Assembly: GCF_006345805.1 (NCBI RefSeq)
Contig: NW_021826844.1
Span: forward strand, 1 to 11,922
Source: Octopus sinensis
Taxonomy: Eukaryota
Direction of reading: 5' to 3'
DNA length: 11,922 nucleotides
A program made the position numbers and the translations under genes. The first letter of the stretch is position 1; every line of letters begins with the position of its first letter. The notes under the pieces were generated by a model. It did no database searches, was not told the origin of the DNA, and saw nothing but the letters and a program-made list of their open reading frames with translations. This document shows positions 1 through 7,799 of the stretch, piece by piece.

Positions 1-45
1 GATACAGTATATATATATATATGTGTGTGTGTGTATGTGTGTGTT

Positions 46-190
46 CGTGTTTGTCCCCCAACATCGCTTGACAACCGATGCTGGTGTGTTTACGTCCACG
101 TAACTTAGTGGTTCAGCAAAATAGAACGATAGAATAAGTACTAGGCTTCCGAAGAATAAGTCTTGGGGTCGATTTGCGTGACTAAAGGCG
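46..190 (+). mobile_element. 3' part of a CORE-type SINE family that carries an internal (TA)/(TG) microsatellite; its 5' head lies upstream of the window or is lost
   Basis: Follows the (TA)n(TG)n tract at 9-45. The sequence gtttgtcccccaacatcgcttgacaaccgatgctggtgtgtttacgtc...gataga ataagtactaggc...ggggtcgatttg...gactaaaggcggtgctc matches my recollection of an abundant Octopus SINE 3' arm. It breaks off into the CT tract. Family assignment is from recall. Confidence 0.65.
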
Positions 191-192
191 GT

Positions 193-277
193 GCTCTCTC
201 TCTAAAGACATATCACATTCTTTTGTTTCTGTTTCTAACTTCCTCTCTCTCACTTTCTCTCTCTCTCTCTAGCTCCA

Positions 278-313
<36 letters not shown>

Positions 314-685
314 AACACGATATCTCTCTCTTACTGCGTCTCTCTCTCTCTCTCTCTCACTTTTTCTCTCCTCTCACACCATCTTGCATCCTTCACCTTT
401 ATCTATCACTTTATATCTATCTATCTCTTTCTCTAAAATCTAACATCATACTTTTCTTCTCTCTCTCTCTCTCTCTCGCTTCCTCTCCGTCATAACATAT
501 ATTTCCTCTCTTTCTCTCACCTTAATGTGACCTCACATCCACTACAAATCACTCCTCTCTCTCTCTCTCTTTTATTCTCTCATTTTCCCTCTCACTCATC
601 CTCCCACTCTGTCTCTCTTATCCATTCTCTCTCAATGCACATTTACCTCTGTCCCTCTTACTGCCATTTCATGGGTCTCTCTGTT

Positions 686-741
<56 letters not shown>

Positions 742-1000
742 GCACACATACACACACAGTGACTTCATGTCTATCTCTCACTCGCTCTCCCCCTTTTCTC
801 TTTCTCTCTCACTCTCTCAATGCCATTACATACATCTCCTTATCTATCTATATCTCTTTCTTAGTTATTTCATCCCCCTCTCTTTCTCTCTCTCACTCCC
901 TTGCCCCTCTCTCCCTGTCTCACGCCCTCTCTCTCTCTCTCTCCCTGTCTCACGCCCTCTCTCTCTCTCTCCCTCTCTCTGCCTATACAAAGATCTGTCT
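193..1000. repeat. Long CT-rich polypyrimidine low-complexity tract with (CT)n and (CA)n runs, plus a 30-bp tandem duplication at 911-970
   Basis: Directly visible. ctccctgtctcacgccctctctctctctct occurs at 911-940 and again at 941-970. Confidence 0.95.
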
Positions 1001-1020
1001 CTCAATATTTCTCTGTTCAT

Positions 1021-1256
1021 AGGGTGGTGAGCCGGCAGAAATGTTAGCATGCCGGGTGAAATGCTTAGCGGTATTTCGTCAGACGTTACGTTCTGAGTTC
1101 AAATTCCGCCTAGGTCGACTGCCTTTCATCCTTTCGGGATCGATAAATTAAGTACCAGTTACCCACTGTGGATCGATGTAATCGACTTAATCCCTTTGTC
1201 TCTCCCTGTTTGTCCCCTCTATTTTTAGCCCCTTGTGGGCAATAAAGTAATAAATA
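1021..1256 (+). mobile_element. tRNA-derived SINE with Meta-like domain, tail type A, full length
   Basis: A-box-like head gggtggtgagccggcagaaatgttagc, B-box gagttcaaattcc, central gcctttcatcctttcgggatcgataaattaagtacc, tail ...cccttgtgggcaataaagtaataaata. About 10 homologous copies are present in the window. Confidence 0.9.
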
Positions 1257-1287
1257 TTTCTCTATCTCTCAATATTTCTCTGTTTAT

Positions 1288-1507
1288 AGGGCGGCGAGCT
1301 GGCAGAAACGTTAGCACGCTGGGTGAAATGCTTAGCGCTATTTCGTCTGTCTTTACGTTCTGAGTTCAAATTCCACCGGGGTCGACTTTGCCTTTCATCC
1401 TTTCGCGGTCGATAAATTAAATACTAGTTGCGTACTGGTGTCGATCTAATCGACTAGTTCCCGTCTCAAAAAATTTGGGGCTTTGTGCCTAGAGCAGAAA
1501 AGAATAT
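1288..1507 (+). mobile_element. Meta-like SINE, tail type B, full length
   Basis: Same head and core as 1021-1256, but the tail is ...aaaatttggggctttgtgcctagagcagaaaagaatatt. Confidence 0.9.
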
Positions 1508-1520
1508 TTCTCTATTCTTC

Positions 1521-1716
1521 AGAGCAGCGAGCTGATAGATTCGTTAGCACGCTGGGCAAAATGTTTAGCCGCATTTCCCCCCACTTTACGTTCTGAGTTC
1601 AAATCCAACTTTGCCCTTCATCTTTTCGGGGTCAATAAAATAAGTACTGTTTGAGCACTGGGATCGATGTAATCGACTTAACCATTCCCCCAAAATTGCT
1701 GGCCTTGTGCCTATAA
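1521..1716 (+). mobile_element. Meta-like SINE, tail type C, more diverged, with a small deletion after the B-box
   Basis: Head agagcagcgagctgatag, B-box gagttcaaat, core gcccttcatcttttcggggtcaataaaataagtact, tail ccccaaaattgctggccttgtgcc. Confidence 0.85.
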
Positions 1717-1744
1717 ACTTTCCTGTTATAATGCTTATAGCTCC

Positions 1745-1848
1745 ACTCACTGTCTTTCTCTCTTCCGCCATATTTCATCACCGGTGTATTCTCTAACGCT
1801 TTCTCACTCTCTCTTTCTTTCTCTCTCTTTCTCTCCATCCCTCTCTCT
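1745..1848. repeat. CT-rich low-complexity tract
   Basis: Directly visible. Confidence 0.85.
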
Positions 1849-1884
1849 GGGACATCTTGTTTTTTTTCACCCTGTCCATTATAC

Positions 1885-2261
1885 TAGGCATGGGTAGACT
1901 TGGCTCATCATCTAGTGGGCCGCACTACTACGAACTTTTTATTAGACGTGCCATTATCTAGGCGGAGAGCTGGCAGAAATGTTAGCACGCCGGGCGAAAT
2001 GCATAGCCGTATTTCGTCCGCCGTTACGTTCTGAGTTCAAATTCCGCCGAGGTCGACTTTGCCTTTCATCCTTTCGGGGTCGATAAATAAAGTACAAGCT
2101 ACGCACTGGGGTCGATGTAATCGACTTAACCCCTTTGTCTGTCCTTGTTTGTCTCCTCTATGTTTAGCCCTTTGTGGGCAGTAAAGAAATATATTAGACG
2201 TGCCATTCAGAAAGTCGTGCAGGCTCCATGCGGCTCGCGAGCCGGAGGAGGCCCATGACTG
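1885..2261. mobile_element. Non-autonomous hAT-type MITE (~125 bp once the nested SINE and one TSD copy are removed)
   Basis: Imperfect terminal inverted repeats (TIRs) TAGGCATGGG (1885-1894) and CCCATGACTG (2252-2261), 8/10 complementary. Flanking 8-mers cattatac (1877-1884) and ctctatac (2262-2269), 6/8 identical. Subterminal gtgggccgca motif and a perfect palindrome CGGCTCGCGAGCCG (2231-2244), both typical of hAT/Charlie-type ends. Confidence 0.7.
1956..2191 (+). mobile_element. Meta-like SINE, tail type A, full length, with a perfect 16-bp TSD
   Basis: TSD tattagacgtgccatt at 1940-1955 and 2192-2207. Head ggcggagagctggcagaaatgttagc, B-box gagttcaaattcc, core gcctttcatcctttcggggtcgataaa. 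Confidence 0.95.
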
Positions 2262-2299
2262 CTCTATACAAGCTTTATAATTACTGATCATACATGGAC

Positions 2300-2605
2300 T
2301 TTTTGTCATCATATCGCACTCCCTTCACTCTTACTCCCTCTCACCCTCCCGCTGATTTTCCCCTCCTTTCTTCCTCTCTCTATATATATCCCTACTCCTT
2401 CATTCTCTCACACCTTCCTCTCATTAGTTCTCTCTTCATTCTTGCTATTTCTCTCCCTTTCTCGTCTGTCTATATCTCTGCCTCGCTCCTTGCTCTCACT
2501 CCTCCCACACTTTATAGATAACATTCCCTTCCGCCCCACTCTCACACTTTTCTCTCATTAGTTCACTCTCCCCGTCTCTTTTTTCTATATCTCTACCTCT
2601 CTCCT
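2300..2605. repeat. CT-rich low-complexity tract
   Basis: Directly visible strong pyrimidine skew. Confidence 0.8.
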
Positions 2606-2775
2606 AATATTCTTTTCTACTCTAGGCACAAGGATCGAAATTATTGTGGAGGGGTCCAATCAATTAGATCAACCCAGTACGCAACTGGTACTTAATTTAT
2701 CGACCCCGAAAGGATGAAAGGCAAAGTTGACCGCGGCATAATTTGAACTCAAAACATAAAGACAGACGAAATACC
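2606..2775 (-). mobile_element. Meta-like SINE, tail type B, 5' truncated inside the tRNA head
   Basis: Reverse complement of tail (aatattcttttctactctaggcacaagg), core (atcgaccccgaaaggatgaaaggcaaag) and B-box (atttgaactc). Ends at gacgaaatacc. Confidence 0.9.
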
Positions 2776-2966
2776 TATTTCTATTTCTTTACTACTCACA
2801 AGGGGCTAAACACAGAGAGGAAAAAACAAGGACAGACAAACAGATTGAGTCGATTACATCTACTCCAGGGCGTAACTGGTACTTAGTTTATCGACCCCGA
2901 AATGATGAAAGGCAAAATTGACCTCGGCAGAATTTGAACTCAAAACATAAAGACAGACGAAATACC
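2776..2966 (-). mobile_element. Meta-like SINE, tail type A, 5' truncated; unit of a 191-bp-period duplication
   Basis: 2740-2879 is identical to 2931-3070. Confidence 0.9.
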
Positions 2967-3190
2967 TATTTCTATTTCTTTACTACTCACAAGGGGCTAA
3001 ACACAGAGAGGAAAAAACAAGGACAGACAAACAGATTGAGTCGATTACATCTACTCCAGGGCGTAACTGGCACTTAATTTATCGACCCCGGAAATAAGAA
3101 AGGCAAAATCGACCTCGGTGGAATTTGAACTCAGAACGTAAAGACAGACGAAGTACCGCTATGGATTTCGCCCGGCGTACTAACATTTCT
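2967..3190 (-). mobile_element. Meta-like SINE, tail type A, lacking only the first part of the head
   Basis: Tail, core and B-box are present, and the head continues to cgcccggcgtactaacatttct. Confidence 0.9.
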
Positions 3191-3300
3191 TATTTCTTTA
3201 TTGCCTACAAAGGGTTAATCATAGAGGGGACAAACAAGGACAGGGGATTAAGTCGATTATATCGAACCTAGTGCGTAACTGGTACTTAATTTATCGATCC
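3191..3300 (-). mobile_element. Meta-like SINE, tail type A, 3' fragment only
   Basis: tatttctttattgcctacaaaggg...ggtacttaatttatcgatcc, homologous to the 3' half of the other copies. Confidence 0.85.
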
Positions 3301-3303
3301 ACA

Positions 3304-3400
3304 CTAGAAGACATTTGCCCCAGATGCCACGCAGCATTACTGAACCCATAAGTATCTAGAGGGAAGCAAATTCTTACCACACAACAAGGCCTGCACCTAT
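3304..3400 (-). mobile_element. 5' head fragment of a CORE-type tRNA-SINE (same family as 11676-11834)
   Basis: Shares acatttg.cc, actgaacc and ttctta.cacaca.c with 11743-11834. The minus strand reads aggtgcagg...tgtgtggtaag...gggttcag...gcgtggcatctggggcaaatgtcttctag. Confidence 0.7.
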
Positions 3401-3617
3401 AGATATTCTTTTATTTCCCTTTATACTTCCTATATCCATCCTTTTCCAAAATAACTCCTCATATTGAACTCAACTATTTCCCCCCTATTTAACCATCTCA
3501 CATCGTCTCTGATGAAGGGATATCCCTAATATCCCAGAAACAGCTGTAAGACTAACTTTCTCTTTATAAATGTCCAGAAAATTCCACAATGTCTTGGTTT
3601 TGTTGTCTCATTTTATT

Positions 3618-3618
<1 letters not shown>
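3401..3618 (+). mobile_element. Probable Penelope-like element terminal-repeat fragment carrying a hammerhead motif
   Basis: A pyrimidine-rich leader is followed by a minimal type I hammerhead and a T-rich trailer, the usual layout of Penelope-like terminal repeats. No RT or GIY-YIG coding sequence is seen, so the class is inferred from the ribozyme only. Confidence 0.5.
3505..3552 (+). ncRNA. Minimal type I hammerhead ribozyme motif
   Basis: Stem I GTCT (3505-3508)/AGAC (3549-3552); core CTGATGA (3509-3515); stem II GGGATA (3517-3522)/TATCCC (3530-3535) with a 7-nt loop; GAAA (3537-3540); minimal stem III A-C[AGCT]G-T with palindromic CAGCTG; cleavage triplet GTA (3546-3548). A3516 and A3536 are unpaired at the base of stem II. 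Confidence 0.75.
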
Positions 3619-3660
<42 letters not shown>

Positions 3661-3962
3661 CATATATATATACATGTATATATACATGTATATATATGCT
3701 TACATACATATGTATATATATATATATATATATGTGCGTACGTATCTGTATATGTTCATGCATATATATATATATATATATATGTACGTATATATATATA
3801 TATGTATGTAAGTATGTATGTATATGTGTGTGTTGTGTGTGTGTGTGTGTGTGTGTGTGTTTCTGTGTGTTTCTGTGCTTGTGTGTGTTTGTTTGTGTGC
3901 TTGTGTGTCTGCGTATGTGCATGTATGTCACAGTATATATATACCTATATGCAACACATATA
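3619..3962. repeat. Compound (CA)/(TA)/(TG) microsatellite
   Basis: Directly visible. Confidence 0.95.
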
Positions 3963-4069
3963 TCTTTTTTAATATCCCGAGAATCAATTTTTCTTCATTA
4001 TTTTACAATAAAGAAAATGACTTTATTTCTTTGGCTCTTTTACTCATTTTTTTATGAACCATAAGAAAT

Positions 4070-4198
4070 ATACACACGCATGCACATACACTTCCATATA
4101 AATGTGTGTTTGTATATGTGAGTATATGTCAGCCGATGTGTGTGTATAAATTCACATATATATACACATACGGTATATATGTATATACGTATGTAAAT

Positions 4199-4229
<31 letters not shown>

Positions 4230-4556
4230 CATGTATATATACATGTATATATACATGTATATATACATGTATATATACATGTATATATACATGTATATAT
4301 ACATGTATATATACATGTATATATACATGTATATATACATGTATATATACATGTATATATACATGTATATATACATGTATATATATGCTTACATACATAT
4401 GTATATATATATATATGTATGTGTGTATGTATGTATGTATGTGTGTACGTATGTATGAATGTATGTATGTATGAATGTATGTACGTATGTATGTATGTAT
4501 GAATGTGTGTACGTATGTATGTATGTATGTATGTGTGTACGTATGTATGTGCGTGT
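4070..4556. repeat. Compound microsatellite containing 13 perfect copies of the 12-mer CATGTATATATA (~4222-4383), followed by (ATGT)n
   Basis: CATG recurs every 12 nt from 4230 to 4374. Confidence 0.95.
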
Positions 4557-4693
4557 AATTACTATAGGAAATAAGTTATAGCTCCCCCAAAAAACCTTGT
4601 TAAAACAAAAACTATAATTTATTGTATAAAAACAGCTAATGTCACGAGAAAATGTATATTTCATTTCATGTTATTAATGTGTATTTGGTTCTC

Positions 4694-4988
4694 GTGTGTG
4701 TGTGTGTATGTGAATGTGTGTGTGTATATGTGTGTGCATATGATTATATGCGAGGTTGGGTACGTAATGTGTCTAGGTGGGTAAAATAATATCTATGTAT
4801 ATGTGCGTATTATACATTCACAAACAGACGCAACACACACTTACACGCATGCGCACACACACATACACACATACATACATACACACCCACATAAACACAC
4901 ACACACACAAACGCATACATATATATATATATAGGTATATAGGGAGGAAAGTTACGTGTCTGTATTGAAACATATATGTGTGAAATAC

Positions 4989-5019
<31 letters not shown>

Positions 5020-5080
5020 TTTGTGTGTGTGTGAGAGAGAGAGAGAGAGAGTTTGTGTGTGTGTGTGTGAGAGAGAGAGA

Positions 5081-5129
<49 letters not shown>

Positions 5130-5152
5130 TGTGTGTGTGTGTGAGAGAGAGA

Positions 5153-5188
<36 letters not shown>

Positions 5189-5248
5189 TGTGTGTGTGTG
5201 TGTGGTGTGAGAGAGAGAGAGAGTGTTGTGTGTGTGTGTGTGTGTGTT
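4694..5248. repeat. Compound (TG)/(CA)/(TA) tracts and an alternating (GT)n(GA)n block array (4989-5248)
   Basis: Directly visible. Confidence 0.9.
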
Positions 5249-5359
5249 TATTAAATAGGTGTGTATTATGCATGTGTTTGTGAGTGTTTCTCTTAAGAAA
5301 GCATTTAAACAATAATATGCTATTTGTCTGTCGAAACAACTGCTTTACGAAACACCGAT

Positions 5360-5578
5360 TATAGTTCTTTTAGATTTTGGCAGAAGACCAGTAAGATCGG
5401 CGGAGTGGGTAGGTAGGTAGGTGCTCAACTTATAATTATTCTATCGACCCTGAAAGGCTCCAACAAGGAGTTGACATGGGTGTCATTTGAACTCAGAACA
5501 TAGAAAGTAAAGAGCCGGAAGAACAGCCGCTAAGGCATTTTATCGGATGCGGTAACGATTCTGCCCACTTGCCACCCC
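5360..5578 (-). mobile_element. Old, diverged Meta-like SINE
   Basis: atcgaccctgaaagg, atttgaactcagaac (B-box, reverse complement) and cgctaaggcatttt...acgattctgcccacttgccacc (head, reverse complement) are recognisable. The tail is degraded. Confidence 0.75.
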
Positions 5579-5591
5579 AATTGATAAAAGA

Positions 5592-5670
<79 letters not shown>

Positions 5671-5691
5671 AGTAATAATAATAATAATGAT

Positions 5692-5739
<48 letters not shown>

Positions 5740-5755
5740 TATCATTATTATTATT
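5592..5755. repeat. (AAT)n microsatellite that switches to (TTA)n at ~5739
   Basis: Directly visible. Confidence 0.95.
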
Positions 5756-6326
5756 TGCCCTGATACTTGCCCTGATGCAGTGTCAGGCATTGGCTCTCAT
5801 GGCTTTTGATCTTAACTGATTGGAAGTGTTATCATGTACGTTGTTTTGTTTTGGTATAAAAGATGGGCTACAGCAAATATTCTGCTCAATACCACAGATA
5901 TACTTGTCAGTTGTTTGACCATAACCAGTTGAGCATGTCTCTTTAGTGGCTGACGATATGTGCATCTCTGATCATGAGCAGAAGTAGTGGGGGAGCATCA
6001 TAGCCATGTGTTGAGAGGGATTCTGCTGGGTTTAGATAATCCACTTTTGGAAACATGGGTTTTTCGATCAATAGCCTAAAATAACCCTTACTCATGGACC
6101 TTTGGAGCGGGATGGGTCACACGACCAGAAGAAAATTCTAACCGGGCCCCACCTGCAAGGTAATGCGTTGTTTATCTTGATATGGGATCACCATGTCGTG
6201 CACATATAGTTGGGATGCCTAGTGTAACCTTATCAGTCGGGTAGTCGTGATGGGTATTTTGGGCTTCGTATATATTACCCCAGAGTCACTTTGATAGCAT
6301 GCACTGCTCTCTCACTCAATAATAAT
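5755..6326 (+). mobile_element. Unclassified interspersed repeat (probable non-LTR 3' UTR or SINE body) ending in an (AAT) tail; orientation uncertain
   Basis: Complex sequence between two AAT tracts, ending ...gcactgctctctcactcAATAATAAT, with a possible 3' stem tggg/ccca near 6261-6283. It resembles an abundant Octopus repeat as I recall it. There is only one copy in the window and no recognisable coding signal. Confidence 0.45.
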
Positions 6327-7723
6327 TATTATTGTCTTTGCACAGCTTCTAACGCTGGAGATGTACTACGATGCCAGCTTTCCACCACAGTAAACTAAGG
6401 TAACACCCCTTATTTTTGGAGCACCACCCGGAGTATTCAAGCGGTTCCAAGTAGTGCCGTTTTCTGCAAGTACTCCACCCTTATTGCAGCCCCTATTCGT
6501 TTCGTGTACTTCTCAAGATTTTTATTCACTGCTCCCAGGTCTCTGACAATTATTGGTACTACTACCACCTTTTTCATCGACTACAATTGCTTAACCTCTC
6601 AAGCTAACCTCTCATATCTATCGACTTTTCTTTCTTCCTTATCACATACCTTGTTGTCAGCTGGTTATTCTATATCTATGATCCAGCGTTTGCTCTCTTT
6701 CTCAATTAACACTTTGTCCGGTTTCCTATTCTCTATCTCGTGGTCGCAGTGAATCATAAAATCCGATAGGATCTTTGCATTATCATTTTCGATGATGCCT
6801 TCGAGTTTATGTTCGTACCAATTTTTTGCTCAGTCAAGTCCATATTTGTTGCAAAGTGTCCAATGAACAATACTTGCTATGTTGCATTGATGTCTCTTAT
6901 ATTCTTTGTGGGCTAGTGGCATACACTGACTGGTGATATGCCATACGGTTTCACCATTTTGTCCACAAATTCTGCACTTATCACTTTCTGTTGTGTTGTC
7001 TATTCTGTATTTGATGTAATTCGTTCTTAATGCTTGCTCTTCGGCAGCACAGATTACAGCCTCCGTTTCCAGTTTTAAATCACTTTTAGTCATCCATAGC
7101 TATCTTTCTTCTTTTCCTGTCTTATCTTCAATATCCCTATGAAATTGTCCATGCATTCTTTTCTATATCCACCTATTTTCGGTTTCATTCATTCTCAAGT
7201 GCTTGTACATTGCTTTATCTTTGTAATCTTCCATCCTACACAAGCCTGACCTTCTTACTTCCAATAACAGTGGTACTATGGCATTTTTTTAAATACGCAT
7301 CCAATCAGTCCTCTTTCCTCTCTTTTTCTTGGTGCGTACAGTCTGCCTGGGTCACTTTTTGGCTGAATTATCCCATATCTAGTCAGAAATTTTCTTGTCT
7401 TTCTGTCTAAGCTGTTTAGTTCGTCTCCTGTCCAAGCGATTACTCCTGCTCCATATCTAAGTAGTGAAACCGCCCAGGTGTTGATAGCTTCAATCTCATT
7501 CTCTCCATTTAATTTCGACTTAAGGATCAGTCCTAGTCTGCAGAAGTACTTCACCTTAAACTTTTCTGCCATTTCTTTCTCTTTCGTTTTATCCATTTCC
7601 TATATTCACAAGTACTTATAGCCTGTCTCTTCTATCTGCTTTAAAAACTCCCACGACGGTATCGCTAGCCCGTCCTTACATTTGATTTTGCCCCTCTTCA
7701 AGGCTAACACACCACACTTCCAG
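6327..7723 (-). mobile_element. 5'-truncated, decayed R4/Dong-like non-LTR retrotransposon (RLE type), copy 1
   Basis: Manual minus-strand translation gives KCGVLALKRGK...GYKYL*I*EMDK (RT end), ILKSKLNGEN...AINTWAV..LRY, RLYAPRK...RGLIG, the CCHC knuckle CRICGQNGETVWHITSQC (~6923-6976), and RLE RKPDKVLI..WIIDIE*PAD..KEERKVDRY (PD at 6716-6721). Stop at 6410-6412, ~75-nt 3' UTR, then an (AAT) tail. Several in-frame stops. Confidence 0.9.
6410..7722 (-). pseudogene. Disrupted RT-thumb / zinc knuckle / restriction-like endonuclease ORF of R4-like copy 1
   Basis: Includes track ORFs 7276-7596 and 6830-7093. The reading frame continues past the TGA at 6830-6832 to 6410, with further stops. Confidence 0.85.
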
Positions 7724-7752
7724 TGTTGTTGTTGTTGTTGTTGTTGTTATTA

Positions 7753-7796
<44 letters not shown>
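7724..7796. repeat. (GTT)n(ATT)n microsatellite
   Basis: Directly visible; abuts the 5' truncation point of R4-like copy 1. Confidence 0.95.

Positions 7797-7799
<3 letters not shown>

Noticed and set aside
527-1050. ORFs rich in S/L/H or R/E (527-1030, 759-1022, 865-1050)
   Set aside because: Translations of CT/GA simple repeats, with no domain signal.
2037-2312. 91-aa minus-strand ORF (also 1586-1771)
   Set aside because: Antisense read-through of SINE and MITE sequence.
2606-3300. Regularly spaced repeats that superficially resemble a CRISPR array or satellite
   Set aside because: The units are ~190-bp SINE copies with no unique spacers, in a eukaryotic context with no cas genes.
3963-4069. 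Short unique AT-rich islands (also 4557-4693) as possible host exons or regulatory sites
   Set aside because: No convincing splice-site pair or protein motif. Cannot be excluded without RNA-seq, but unsupported.
3589-5339. Many overlapping ORFs with YI/MY/CV/HT periodicity
   Set aside because: Dinucleotide and 12-mer repeats lack stop codons in several frames; these are artefacts.
5325-5360. Two cgaaac motifs as a possible second hammerhead half
   Set aside because: No upstream CTGANGA with a stem II, and no stem I.
5783-5965. 60-aa minus-strand ORF inside the unclassified element
   Set aside because: Short, with no recognisable RT, endonuclease or transposase motif.
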